DNA from: Candidatus Bathyarchaeota archaeon
GTDB lineage: Archaea; Thermoproteota; Bathyarchaeia; Bathyarchaeales; Bathycorpusculaceae
Length of the DNA stretch: 64,000 bases
NCBI GenBank assembly: GCA_963780185.1
Contig: CAWABA010000003.1
Location: forward strand, 1 to 64,000
Direction: 5' to 3'
Shown here: piece after piece, positions 1 through 9,831 of the stretch
Position numbering within the stretch: the stretch's first letter is position 1
Layout of the letters: each line of letters starts with the position of its first letter
Made by a program: the position numbers and the translations under genes
The notes under the pieces: model-generated
What the model was told of the DNA's origin: nothing
What the model saw: only the letters and a program-made list of their open reading frames with translations
The model's database searches: none

Positions 1-712
1 GCAGTGGGTTGTATAGGGCTATTTGGCTGTAGAATGGCGTGCCTTGATAGACTAGTCCTCTGAGCAAATCAACTACGTAAGTCATGGGCATGGCATGTGA
101 TAGGGCGCTTAAGACGCCGTTGGATTTGTTTATCGGTATGAATGCGCCTGAGAGGAACATCTGGGCAAATGTGAACATGATTACGCCTCTATCCGCATTT
201 TTTGGGCTGCTGCTAAATATGCTGGCAACTAACACGCCGAGAGTTCCGCCTGATATGCAGATAAGTGGCGCCAACACAAGGATCCAGCCGATTGCTGACA
301 GCCCGATGGATATGCCCATAATTGGGGCGATGATGACGAATGCGAAAAGCTGTAGTATGCTTGTGATGCTGCCTCCTACGATTTTACCGAGTATGATTGA
401 ATAGCGTGATATTGGAGCTACAAAGATTTCCTGTGTGAAATCGTTTTCTCGGTCTTCGACAAGTGATGTTACGCTCAGCATAGTGTTCATGGATATTGTT
501 GCGGCGACCATTCCTAAAAGCGCAAACTGAAGGTAATTGTACCCTAGACCGCCACCTAAGTTTTGCGCAATAACGCCACCCAGAATTCCCAGAAACAGAA
601 CCGGAAAGAGTAAGCTAAAAGCAAGCGAAGTCTTCCAATCCTTAAAGAACCGCAATACCTCTCGGGCGGCAATAACTACAACTGCGTTTAGGTCTTTTTG
701 AAGTGGATTCAT
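1..712 (-). CDS. ABC-2 type exporter permease (3' end runs off the window)
   Basis: Minus-strand frame from ATG at 712 (overlaps the ATPase stop, TAATG) reads MNPLQKDLNAVVVIAAREVLRF...SLVEDRENDFTQEIFVAPISRYSIILGKI, a typical ABC-2 (DrrB-like) permease. Confidence 0.85.
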   Translation of the reverse strand, partial: MNPLQKDLNAVVVIAAREVLRFFKDWKTSLAFSLLFPVLFLGILGGVIAQNLGGGLGYNYLQFALLGMVAATISMNTMLSVTSLVEDRENDFTQEIFVAPISRYSIILGKIVGGSITSILQLFAFVIIAPIMGISIGLSAIGWILVLAPLICISGGTLGVLVASIFSSSPKNADRGVIMFTFAQMFLSGAFIPINKSNGVLSALSHAMPMTYVVDLLRGLVYQGTPFYSQIALYNPL

Positions 713-1662
713 TAAATCGTGACCTCCTGGGTTTTATTTTCGATTAAATCCATGTAAGCTTCTTCAAGGGTCGGTGTATGGAGCTCCATGCAAGTTAGTG
801 GCATCTTGATTTGTGCCAGAATTTGCTGTGGCGTTTGCTCCTCAAAATAGATTTTGACCTTACCGTCCACCGTAGTCTCTGACTTAAAGTTCGCAATCTG
901 GGAATGTAGCATGCTTCGGTTTTCAGCGTCTAAGACGAGGTACTTGCCAAGTAACCGGTTTTTCATCTCGCTTGGTGTTCCCAGAAAAATAATTTGTCCA
1001 TGATTTACTATGCATACTCTGTCAGCGTTTTCGGCTTCTTCGATGTAGTGAGTGGTGAGGAATATTGTGGTGTTTTGGTTTTTGGCTACTTTTCGTAAAT
1101 AGATCCATAGATCTCTGCGGGAAACGGCATCTAAGCCTTGACTTGGTTCATCTAAGAACAACACTTTTGGCTTAGTCATTAACCCGCGGATGATTTCTAG
1201 CTTACGCTTCATTCCGCCTGAGAAGGTTTTAAGGGGTTTGAACAGGTCCTCGCGTATGCCCATAAACCCGGCCATCTCTAAAACCTGATTTTGATATTCC
1301 TTGGGCATGAGTCGAAAGAATGGTTTGTAGGAATAGACGCCGTAGAGGTTTACGTGTAAACGGATATTTTCTTCAGCCGATAGGTTGAGGTCTAAGCTTG
1401 GGTTCTGGAAAATTATGCCTATGTTTTGGCGGACATTTTTTGCTTTAGTGTTTATGTCGTAGCCTTCGATTGTTACGTTTCCGCTTGTTTTTGCCAGTGT
1501 TGTGGTTAGGATGGATATTGTGGTTGTTTTTCCTGCTCCGTTGGGTCCGAGGAACGCGAAGAATTCGCCGGGATATACATCAAAACTGATGTTGTCTACG
1601 GCTGGTTTCTCGGTTTTGCGGTAGCGTTTGGTTAATTTTTCTACGTGTATGATTGACTGCAT
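712..1662 (-). CDS. ABC exporter ATP-binding protein (DrrA-like)
   Basis: Walker A GPNGAGKTT, signature FSGGM, Walker B LFLDEP, H-loop TTHY. Confidence 0.93.
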   Translation of the reverse strand: MQSIIHVEKLTKRYRKTEKPAVDNISFDVYPGEFFAFLGPNGAGKTTTISILTTTLAKTSGNVTIEGYDINTKAKNVRQNIGIIFQNPSLDLNLSAEENIRLHVNLYGVYSYKPFFRLMPKEYQNQVLEMAGFMGIREDLFKPLKTFSGGMKRKLEIIRGLMTKPKVLFLDEPSQGLDAVSRRDLWIYLRKVAKNQNTTIFLTTHYIEEAENADRVCIVNHGQIIFLGTPSEMKNRLLGKYLVLDAENRSMLHSQIANFKSETTVDGKVKIYFEEQTPQQILAQIKMPLTCMELHTPTLEEAYMDLIENKTQEVTI

Positions 1663-1681
1663 TTTTCAGTCCTCATTTTAT

Positions 1682-1755
1682 TTAACATTGTTAATCTAAC
1701 TTAACATTGTTAAATAAATACTTAACGGTGTTAAATAATCAATTAACGCGGTTAA
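1682..1755. promoter_or_regulatory. Four tandem palindromic TetR-type operators TTAAC-N3-GTTAA
   Basis: Copies at 1682, 1701, 1722 and 1743 between the divergent ABC ATPase and TetR genes. Confidence 0.8.
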
Positions 1756-1787
1756 ACATATAAACCGCCAACCCGCAATCAGTACTG

Positions 1788-2477
1788 ATGAAAACAAGAA
1801 AAACCAAGACACCACACATACAACCAGACGCCGTCATAAAAGCAGCACTCGAAATATTAGACTCTGAAGGCCTAGAAAACGTAACCCTACGGCGGATAGC
1901 CACAAAACTCAACGTCCAAGCACCCGCCCTATACTGGCACTTCAAAAACAAACAAGACATCACCGAAGACATGGCCCAAACCATCCTCACAAACGCAAAA
2001 CTCGACAACTTCACCCCACCAGCCGACATCAACAACTGGCCCCAATGGCTAGCAGACTTAATGCATTGCCTACGTAACGCGCTAATTGCTCACAAAGACG
2101 GCGGACGCGTTGTTGCGGGAGCATCGTTTGGTCGCGCCTACGCTTTAGAAAAAATGTTAGCTCAAATTGCCAGGGTTTTAAACAAAGCGGGGTTTGACAG
2201 CCTTCCCGCAGGTCTAGCTGCCGCCACAACAATCGATTACGTTTGGGGCTTCGTAATTGAAGAGCAAGCGGGCACTGAACCCGAAATACTCAGGGAACAC
2301 TTAGCCAACCCGCAACATGCCCAATCCGCCGGGACTAATCCAGAAGACGAGGCATTTCTAAGCGCCTTCATGGAAGAATACCGCAAAAAAACTCCCACAG
2401 AAACTTTTGACTGGGGCTTACAGGTAATAATAGCGGGGTTGAAGTTGGCTCAAAACCGCTCCGGTTCCCCAAGTTAA
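1788..2477 (+). CDS. TetR family transcriptional regulator (TetR_C type)
   Basis: N-terminal HTH TLRRIATKLNVQAPALYWHFKNK; tetracycline-repressor-like C-terminal domain (YVWGFVIEEQA, FDWGLQVIIAGL). Confidence 0.92.
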   Translation: MKTRKTKTPHIQPDAVIKAALEILDSEGLENVTLRRIATKLNVQAPALYWHFKNKQDITEDMAQTILTNAKLDNFTPPADINNWPQWLADLMHCLRNALIAHKDGGRVVAGASFGRAYALEKMLAQIARVLNKAGFDSLPAGLAAATTIDYVWGFVIEEQAGTEPEILREHLANPQHAQSAGTNPEDEAFLSAFMEEYRKKTPTETFDWGLQVIIAGLKLAQNRSGSPS

Positions 2478-2558
2478 GCACCATGACTTATTTTCGGCGA
2501 TTCCGAGAAAAAGCTCGCTGCCCCCATATCTTAAATCTATTTTTGACTAGCAAAGTTA

Positions 2559-2594
2559 ATATGAATAATTGTTCATATGACATATAGTTCATAG
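2559..2594. promoter_or_regulatory. ArsR/SmtB-type operator ATATGAA-N6-TTCATAT plus an overlapping degenerate second copy
   Basis: ATATGAATAATTGTTCATAT at 2559-2578 and ATATGACATATAGTTCATAG from 2575, just upstream of the ArsR gene. Confidence 0.7.
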
Positions 2595-2616
2595 CCTAAG
2601 GCCAGGACGGAAAGAA

Positions 2617-2943
2617 ATGAAAAAAGGACTAACAAAAATCTGCTACAGATTCTTCACCAACCTAGCAAACCCCACCAGACTAGCCGCCATAGAGAAACTA
2701 ATGCAAAAACCGATGAGCGTAAACGAACTTGCAGCAGCACTCGGACAAGAGCAAAGCATGATTTCACACAACCTCAAACCCCTACTCCAATGCAACCTCA
2801 TCACCATAAAAAAAGAAGGCAAAAAACACGTCTACACCGTCAACGAAGAAACCCTGCTGCCCATTTTCGGAGCCATCGAGAACCACGCCCAAAAATTCTG
2901 TCCTAACGGCGGAAAATGCTTGAATGGAGAAAAACTGTCATGA
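2617..2943 (+). CDS. ArsR/SmtB family transcriptional regulator
   Basis: LANPTRLAAI...SVNELAAALGQEQSMISHNLKPL winged HTH; C-terminal H..KFC.....C possible metal ligands. Confidence 0.9.
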   Translation: MKKGLTKICYRFFTNLANPTRLAAIEKLMQKPMSVNELAAALGQEQSMISHNLKPLLQCNLITIKKEGKKHVYTVNEETLLPIFGAIENHAQKFCPNGGKCLNGEKLS

Positions 2944-3593
2944 TAAAAAGAAAAATAGTGAAAATTGACGAGGCGCTCTGCAACGGATGCGGCAGCTGCA
3001 TGCCCAAATGTGCAGAAGGCGCCCTCCAAATAGTAAATGGTAAAGCAAAAATAATCAAAGAAGTCTACTGCGACGGCTTAGGCGCCTGTTTGGGGCAATG
3101 TCCTCAGGGAGCAATAACCATAACTGAACGCGAAGCGGAACCCTTCGACGAAAAAGAGGTACACGAACACCTAAAGAACAAAACAACCCCTACGCAAACC
3201 GCAAGCAGCCCAGCCAACTCTGCGCCTCATAAGCCCCAGTGGCCCGTAAAGCTGAATCTTGTTCCAACGAAGGCGCCGTTCTTCGAAAATGCCGACCTGC
3301 TACTTGCCGCTGACTGCGCACCTGTCGCCCTCAAAAACTTCCACGACACCCTGATGCCTGGAAAACGAGTCATCATCGGATGCCCAAAATTCGACGACGC
3401 CCGAGCATACGCCCAAAAACTAACCGAAATCTTCCAACAAAACAACATCGCATCCGTAACCGTTACCCACATGGAAGTTCCCTGCTGCGTCGGCTTAAAG
3501 TGGGCAGTAAACAAAGCGCTCGAGTTATCTGGAAAGCAAATCCCAATTAAAGAGTTCGAGATTAAAATTGGAGGCGAAATAGTTGAGCTCTAA
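2940..3593 (+). CDS. 2x[4Fe-4S] ferredoxin-domain protein with Cys-containing C-terminal domain (FrdX-like)
   Basis: CNGCGSCMPKC and CDGLGACLGQCP motifs; C-terminal QWPVKL..AADC..GCPKFD..MEVPCC; ATGA overlap with the ArsR stop. Confidence 0.8.
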   Translation: MIKRKIVKIDEALCNGCGSCMPKCAEGALQIVNGKAKIIKEVYCDGLGACLGQCPQGAITITEREAEPFDEKEVHEHLKNKTTPTQTASSPANSAPHKPQWPVKLNLVPTKAPFFENADLLLAADCAPVALKNFHDTLMPGKRVIIGCPKFDDARAYAQKLTEIFQQNNIASVTVTHMEVPCCVGLKWAVNKALELSGKQIPIKEFEIKIGGEIVEL

Positions 3594-3603
3594 AGATAAA
3601 CCC

Positions 3604-3837
3604 ATGGAAAAGAACCCTCAAACCTGTCCTGGGCTTCGGGACCTGCTTCAGCCTAAACCAGCCTACATTAAATGTCATGTTTGTGGCGGCGACTTGGAAA
3701 TTTGGAGTGACGAAGACAAAACAGTGTGCCCAAGTTGCGGCGCAGAGTGGAAACGACCCGACAAAACTGCTGCCTGCCTTGAATACTGCCAGTACGCTGA
3801 CAAATGCAGAGGCATCATCGAATCCCGAAAAACATAG
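3604..3837 (+). CDS. Small Cys-rich metal-binding protein (Zn ribbon plus extra Cys cluster)
   Basis: CPG, CHVCG, CPSCG and CLEYCQYADKC motifs; lies directly after the ferredoxin gene. Confidence 0.7.
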   Translation: MEKNPQTCPGLRDLLQPKPAYIKCHVCGGDLEIWSDEDKTVCPSCGAEWKRPDKTAACLEYCQYADKCRGIIESRKT

Positions 3838-4066
3838 AATACGAAACGCAGTCCGCTTGACTGCATAGTAGCTACATTTTTTTCTAATCTTTTTGTTTTG
3901 GCAGGCGTCTCTTCGAGAATCAATGGTTGCAGTTTTTCTTCTTAATGTCGCTTGGTTTTGTTGGCTTGGAATGGGCGAAGATAACCGCTGTTTAGAGCGA
4001 CCGAAAAAGTTTTGAAAGGTCGAAAATGATATAAACAGATTTTGTTCTACTTGTCAGCGTGGTAAG

Positions 4067-4519
4067 ATGGCAGACAAGCTTGATGCTGTAGATAGAAAGA
4101 TTCTGAATATGCTTCAGAGGGATGCTAGGGTTCCCTTTTCTCGAATAGCCATTGAAGCGGGCGTAAGTGAAGCCACCGTCAGATACCGGGTTAAGCATCT
4201 GGAGGAAAGCAACGTGATAAAGACGTACACTACATTGTTGAACCCTGTGAAAGTTGGTTTCTCAACTACAGGCATCATGATGGTTAAGCTTGATCCAGCC
4301 TTGTTTGAGCAGGCTGCCAAGCAAATAGGCGATTTAGCCGAGACATATCATGTTTTTCAGAACACGGGCGAATATGACATCGTTTCTGTTGTGCATACTC
4401 GCGACCTTGCGCATTTGGGTGAGCTCAGGAAGAAGGTGCAGTCGTTTGAGGGTGTGAGGGAGGTTACTGTTTCGGCTGCTACGCGTATTGTGAAGATTAA
4501 GACTTCTTTCGACCTCTAA
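4067..4519 (+). CDS. Lrp/AsnC family transcriptional regulator
   Basis: LDAVDRKILNMLQRDARVPFSRIAIEAGVSEATVRYRV HTH; RAM domain with TGEYD. Confidence 0.92.
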   Translation: MADKLDAVDRKILNMLQRDARVPFSRIAIEAGVSEATVRYRVKHLEESNVIKTYTTLLNPVKVGFSTTGIMMVKLDPALFEQAAKQIGDLAETYHVFQNTGEYDIVSVVHTRDLAHLGELRKKVQSFEGVREVTVSAATRIVKIKTSFDL

Positions 4520-4529
4520 TCACACTTTG

Positions 4530-4569
4530 CGGATTTCGATAAAAAATAGGCGTTTTTTATCGTAAACCG
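4530..4569. promoter_or_regulatory. 40-bp inverted repeat, candidate Lrp site or hairpin
   Basis: CGGATTTCGATAAAAAA-taggcg-TTTTTTATCGTAAACCG between the Lrp stop and a TTTTATA box. Confidence 0.5.
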
Positions 4570-4642
4570 AAACATTTTATAGCTGCCGCTCAAACCCTTG
4601 CTAAGGGTTTTCCAATCCAGAACCCAAAGGAAGGAAAAAAAA

Positions 4643-5197
4643 TTGAACAACACCCAAAATAAAAAACCAAGACTGGGACAGGCAGCAAGAATTTCTTTAG
4701 CCATAGTCATCGCAGCCCTCCTCGTCGTGGTCTCATACTTTGCAGGTTACATGGACCAAGCAGACCAAGCTCTCTTCGCAATCATATTCACCCTCGGCGT
4801 CCTAGCCATGGGCACGACGGGATCGGCACTGCTCATCAGCGTAATAGGCGGAGTGGCTTACTCTTTTGTTTCGCCAAACCTGGGCTTCATAATGATTCTT
4901 CCTTGGCTTGTTCGCGGCGCATCCACCGACGCCATAATGTGGGGGCTACACACATTCAAGCCAAGCAGCTATCCCTCAGCCACAAAGGTGACTGTAGCCA
5001 TGACGATAAGCAGCCTCCTCACAGGTCTCGCCCAGTACTTCTGGCTCATAAAGTTCCTCAAAGTGGTTCCCGACACATCCGCAGTGCTCCTGCTCACCGA
5101 AATCGCCATAATCATAGCCGTCGTCTCAACCATAATCGCCACCTACATCACTACAAGATTCTTGTTCAAAAGAATCAAACCCATCTTACCCTGGTGA
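4643..5197 (+). CDS. Multi-pass membrane protein, ECF S-component-like size and topology
   Basis: About 185 aa with 5-6 hydrophobic segments; first gene of the radical SAM operon. Confidence 0.6.
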   Translation: MNNTQNKKPRLGQAARISLAIVIAALLVVVSYFAGYMDQADQALFAIIFTLGVLAMGTTGSALLISVIGGVAYSFVSPNLGFIMILPWLVRGASTDAIMWGLHTFKPSSYPSATKVTVAMTISSLLTGLAQYFWLIKFLKVVPDTSAVLLLTEIAIIIAVVSTIIATYITTRFLFKRIKPILPW

Positions 5198-5202
5198 CCC
5201 GC

Positions 5203-6330
5203 ATGGTGCATCTGAGGTCCCTGTTCCAGAAAAAACAGATGAACGAGGTCGAGAGTCGTTGCCGCAAAGCCTTCGACGCCTACGGCGTAAGCTCAATCCT
5301 GTGGAACGTCACATACGAATGCGGCTTAAAATGTAAGCACTGTTACGTAGGCGAAACCAAGAAGGCAGAAAACGAACTTAACTCCGCTCAGACGCAATCA
5401 CTAATCTCCAGCATCGGCGACATGGGAATTCCACTGCTTTTCATGACTGGCGGGGAACCTCTGATGCGAAAAGACACATTCAACTTGTTGGCATCTTGCA
5501 AAGACTACGGAATCACAACCGTCCTTAGCAGCAACGGATTACTCATAAATGCAGAAAAAGCGCGTGAACTCAAAAAGAACAACGTTCACTTCCTCGCCGT
5601 CTCAGTTTACGGTCCACCCGCCAAACACGATGAAGTCGTAGGCATTGAAGGAAGCTATGAAAAACTCATGCAAAACATCAAAGAATGCATCAAAGAAGAA
5701 ATCAACATATGCTTCAAAACAGTCGTAAGCAGCTACACCTACGACAGCATACCCTACATCGTTGACAAGGGAATTGAGCTTGGCGTAAAATCATTCTATT
5801 TCTGCGACCTACTTGAAACGGGCAGAGCAAAAAACGCCCACACATGGCGAGTCCCCGAAGAAAAATGGCGAACACTAGCCGATTACCTGTTTAGCAAGGT
5901 CATAGTGGATGGCGAAGCCGAAATCGACTTAGGCGGATGCCCATCCATGGCATCTTTAGCAATTGAACATTTCAAAGAGACACAAAACGTTGACCACGCA
6001 ATCCAGAGGCTAGAATCCCTAAGTGCATGCCCCATAGGCCAAGGCCCCTTGGGCATATCTGCTAAAGGAGACATTTTACCCTGCATCTTCATGCAAAACT
6101 ACTCAATCGGGAACGTTCTCAAAGATGATTTGCGCACCACAGCAACAAACCCGCTAATACAATCAATAGCCTCGAAAAACAATCTGAAAGGCACCTGCGG
6201 CGCGTGCAATTACAGGAAACTTTGCGGGGGATGCAGAGCCAAAGCGTACCTTGCCAGCGGCGACATTTACGGTGAAGACCCTACATGCATGCTAAACCAA
6301 TCAGCAAGGGAACCAACGTCAAAGCTTTAG
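5203..6330 (+). CDS. Radical SAM/SPASM protein, divergent AhbC/NirJ1-like
   Basis: WNVTYECGLKCKHCY, TGGEPL, SPASM cysteines CPIG..PC..CGACNYRKLCGGCRAKAY..EDPTC. The ORF-track extension from 4903 overlaps the upstream gene and is excluded. Confidence 0.85.
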   Translation: MVHLRSLFQKKQMNEVESRCRKAFDAYGVSSILWNVTYECGLKCKHCYVGETKKAENELNSAQTQSLISSIGDMGIPLLFMTGGEPLMRKDTFNLLASCKDYGITTVLSSNGLLINAEKARELKKNNVHFLAVSVYGPPAKHDEVVGIEGSYEKLMQNIKECIKEEINICFKTVVSSYTYDSIPYIVDKGIELGVKSFYFCDLLETGRAKNAHTWRVPEEKWRTLADYLFSKVIVDGEAEIDLGGCPSMASLAIEHFKETQNVDHAIQRLESLSACPIGQGPLGISAKGDILPCIFMQNYSIGNVLKDDLRTTATNPLIQSIASKNNLKGTCGACNYRKLCGGCRAKAYLASGDIYGEDPTCMLNQSAREPTSKL

Positions 6331-6343
6331 TTGGCGACTAACC

Positions 6344-7454
6344 TTGAGCAGACCACAAAATCAAACTTTCAGCTCAAAAAGCAGCCATAAGCCTATCGAT
6401 TCAGCCGCAAATCGTTTGCCCCGCATTATTTCTTGGAACACCACGCTTAGCTGCAACCTGAAATGTGACCATTGCTACATAAACGCCAACAACAGCGAAG
6501 ACAAGACGGAACTAACCACAAATGAAGGCAAGATGCTCATTGACCAAATCGCGGAGCTATGGCAAATCAATTCTGGTTCTCAGCGGCGGCGAACCCCTTC
6601 TCAGAAAAGACATATTTGAACTCGCAAGCTACGGCGTCAAGAAAGGGCTGATAATGACAATGGGCACCAACGGCACCCTTATCGATGATGCCGTGGCAAA
6701 GAAGCTTTTTGACACCGGAATACGAAAAGTAGCCGTTAGCATTGACTCCAGCACACCCAAAGTCCATGACAACTTCAGAGGCGTAAAAGGCGCATGGAAC
6801 AAAGCAGTTGAAGGAGTGAACGCCTGCAATAGAAACGGCGTCGGGGTACAATTTAATGTGACCATGACAATGCAGAACTTTGGCGAGCTCGACTCGATTT
6901 TGGAAATGGCTGAAGAACTTGGTGTTGGAGGCGTTCACCTGTTCTTTTTGGTCCCAACTGGCAGAGGAAAAAACGTTCTGGATATTTCGCCTCAAATGTA
7001 TGAAGATATCGTGCGGAAAGTCCTCGGTCGCCGCCGTGGGTCGCTTGAGGTTAAGCCTACTTGTGCGCCACAGTTTATGCGAATCGCCAAAGAGATGGAT
7101 GTTGATGTGAGTCGCTGGAGCCGAGGTTGCATCGCTGGAATAAGCTACTGCAGAATTCTCCCAGAGGGCTCAGTGACTCCATGTCCTTATCTTCCAGTTA
7201 AAGTTGGAAACATTCGACAAACGCCATTCAAAGATATCTGGGCTAAATCAGAAGTGCTTAAGACTCTGCGGGATTTCAACAACTTAAAGGGGAAATGTGG
7301 CGTCTGTGAACACCGGGGTATCTGCGGCGGTTGCAGAGCACGTGCGTACGGTCTCACAAGTTACTGTGCCGGGGCAGTCGCCAAAGACAAAGGGCGCATC
7401 GGTACGGGTGATTTTCTCGCTGAGGATCTCTGGTGCACATACCAGCCACATTGA
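6344..7454 (+). CDS. Radical SAM/SPASM protein, AhbD/NirJ2-like (frameshift near 6558)
   Basis: SWNTTLSCNLKCDHCY in the first frame; LSGGEPL, KPTCAPQFMRIA, GCIAG..PCPYLP, CGVCEHRGICGGCRARAY in the +1 frame. Confidence 0.82.
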
Positions 7455-7614
7455 CTAACCAAGCAAAAGTAACTTCCAAACCATTGGCTCCGTACGTTGA
7501 CAGGAGAAAAATTGAAAACTACTTTTCCTTTATTGCCTCGCCATTCCTACTGAATTCTTCGTCTTCAAAACCCCTTATAGCTTAGGGATAACGATTATTT
7601 GTTATGAAACCCTT

Positions 7615-8904
7615 ATGTCTCATGGGTTTAGGTCAATTATGAAAAAATTTTATGACGCAGTAATCTTAGCGGTGTTGTGTCTCTCAATTCTCGCCTCATT
7701 TGTGTTAGTGGTCAATGCAGAGCAGGGAGGTTCTTGGCCGATGTTTCACGGTGACGTAGCGCACACGGGTTACTCAAGCGGGTCAGGACCTAGCACTAAC
7801 CAGACGCTTTGGACTTTCAAAACAAATGGCGAAGTCTGGTCTTCCCCAGCTGTAGCAAACGGCGTCGTCTATGTTGCCTCATTTGACCGTAACCTTTACG
7901 CTTTAAACGCGTCAACAGGCTCCAAAATATGGAGCTATCCACTGGGCGGCTTAACATTTAGTTCACCCGCTGTAGCTAACGGTTTAGTTTATGTTGGATC
8001 AAACAACCACAACCTCTACGCGTTAAACGCAGCTAACGGTGCCCTCGTCTGGAAGTACACCTCTGGCAACTCCGTGCAATCAAATCCAACTGTTTCAAAC
8101 GGCATAGTCTATTTTGGGTCCAGTGACGACAAATTTTACGCATTAAACGCAAGCAGCGGCGTGTCGCTTTGGAATTTTACAACGGGCGGCAATGTTATTT
8201 CTTCGGCGGCGGTTTCCAACGACATGGTTTACTTTGGTTCGTATGACCACAAAGTTTATGCTCTTAATGCAGTGACGGGCGCTCAGCAGTGGAACTTTAC
8301 TACGGGCAGCGTTATCCAATCGTCCCCAGTGGTGGCTGATGGTAACGTTTATGTTGGCAGCTTTGACAATCAGACCTATGCCTTAAACGCTGACACGGGC
8401 GCCTTAGTGTGGAAGGTTCCAACTGGCTATGACCAGTGTGTTCAAGCTTCTCCAGGGTTCGCTAACGGAGTAGTCTATACAGGGGGTTCATTTGACAATA
8501 ACGTGTACGCTTTGGACGCTGCCACGGGAGCAACGAAGTGGAGTTACCCGACTGGCGGCGGAATCTTCACTGCCCCAGCAATCGTGGGCAACACTGAATA
8601 CGTCGGCTCATTAGATAACAAAACTTACGCTCTTAATGCCCAAACAGGCGCTTTTCTATGGAGCTACAAGACGGGCGGCAACATCTATTCTTCTCCTGCC
8701 GTAGCCAACGGGATAGTGTACTTTGGGTCGTATGATGGCAACGTTTACGCGGTAGGCCAAAAATCTGGTGGTTCAAGCACCCCAAGCTCAGGCATATCGG
8801 GCTTCCTTTACTTTGGAATCCCAATAGTCGTCTTGGTTGTAATAATCGCAGTTGCTATCTTAGTGCTAAGAAGACGGAAATCCAGCCAAGTCCGAAAACC
8901 TTGA
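7615..8904 (+). CDS. Secreted PQQ-like (BamB-type) beta-propeller repeat protein with C-terminal membrane anchor
   Basis: Signal peptide, WPMFHGD..HTG start, eight SSPAV.NG.VY.GS.D...YALNA.TG..W repeats, C-terminal TM followed by RRRK. Confidence 0.9.
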   Translation: MSHGFRSIMKKFYDAVILAVLCLSILASFVLVVNAEQGGSWPMFHGDVAHTGYSSGSGPSTNQTLWTFKTNGEVWSSPAVANGVVYVASFDRNLYALNASTGSKIWSYPLGGLTFSSPAVANGLVYVGSNNHNLYALNAANGALVWKYTSGNSVQSNPTVSNGIVYFGSSDDKFYALNASSGVSLWNFTTGGNVISSAAVSNDMVYFGSYDHKVYALNAVTGAQQWNFTTGSVIQSSPVVADGNVYVGSFDNQTYALNADTGALVWKVPTGYDQCVQASPGFANGVVYTGGSFDNNVYALDAATGATKWSYPTGGGIFTAPAIVGNTEYVGSLDNKTYALNAQTGAFLWSYKTGGNIYSSPAVANGIVYFGSYDGNVYAVGQKSGGSSTPSSGISGFLYFGIPIVVLVVIIAVAILVLRRRKSSQVRKP

Positions 8905-9401
8905 AACCAGAGATGAATGTTTTGGCAAAAGTCTTCTTGATTTACGATACCAAATATGGCAACACAAAGCTCGCTGGAGAAACCATCTTGGAAGGAATAA
9001 GAGAAGTCGGAGGTATTGAAACCGCCATTGGCTATGTAAAGGAGATTGACGCTGGAAAAGTAGCTGATTACGACCTGATATTGTTGGGCGCGCCAAATCA
9101 CATGGGTAGACCTTCTCAAACCATGAAGAAATTCGTTAACAGACTAGCAGAGGGTAATCTCAAAGCGAAGAACGCGGCTATTTTCGGAACCTACGCCGGG
9201 AGGGTCAGGTCTCCTGACAGAGCAGTGAAGAAACTCGGAAAAATGGTGGAGAAGAAATTGCCTAACCTAAAAATCATCGTGCCCAGTTTGTCTGTGAGAG
9301 TGAAGGGAGTGACAGGTTCTTTGGTGGAAGGGGAATTGCCCAGATGCAGGGATTTTGGCAGGGAAATAGGAAATCAGCTAAACCAAAAACAACAATCTTA
9401 G
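8901..9401 (+). CDS. Flavodoxin-like protein
   Basis: IYDTKYGNTK FMN-binding loop, LLGAPNHMG, AIFGTY. Confidence 0.85.
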   Translation: MKPEMNVLAKVFLIYDTKYGNTKLAGETILEGIREVGGIETAIGYVKEIDAGKVADYDLILLGAPNHMGRPSQTMKKFVNRLAEGNLKAKNAAIFGTYAGRVRSPDRAVKKLGKMVEKKLPNLKIIVPSLSVRVKGVTGSLVEGELPRCRDFGREIGNQLNQKQQS

Positions 9402-9831
9402 TTTGTGAATTCGTTCCCTTTTGCTGGCTGCTGTCAAACGTTTTTCCTCTTTTATTTTGATTTTTTTGCTTCTTTCGCTCAAGCGCGCCCCCTCTTACTG
9501 TTGACCGCTAGCTTAGCAAGCCTATTTTCAGTTGCCTTTACGGCGCTTTTCTGGTTCTGGAGGCTTTTTGTCGAGCGTATCTTTGGTGAGAAGACGGCTT
9601 GGTGGTTGCTTAAGCGGGTGTTTTTGCGTTTTAAATGCGAGTTTATCTTATTTTGAAGGCTGAAAAGCAGATTGATGTTAATTGTGGGGTCAAAATTGCG
9701 AAAAGCAGGCGCTCCTGAGTTGCAGGAGTTAGCGAAGCAGAGTTGACAAAGATCGGGATTGGAGTTTTCAAAAACTATTAAAAACGATACAAGCGTTAGG
9801 CAGAATTCGAGATTCAGGAAGAGAGAGAAAA

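Noticed and set aside
4067-4519. Lrp-like gene as siroheme decarboxylase AhbA/B
   Set aside because: Lacks the HxYxR motif and has ordinary Lrp TGEYD; only one copy is present.
4903-5202. His/Arg-rich N-terminal extension of the first radical SAM
   Set aside because: It is an alternative frame of the overlapping membrane-protein gene; ATG 5203 is the better start.
7800-8750. Regularly spaced DNA repeats as a CRISPR array
   Set aside because: They are degenerate in-frame beta-propeller coding repeats with no identical repeat-spacer structure.
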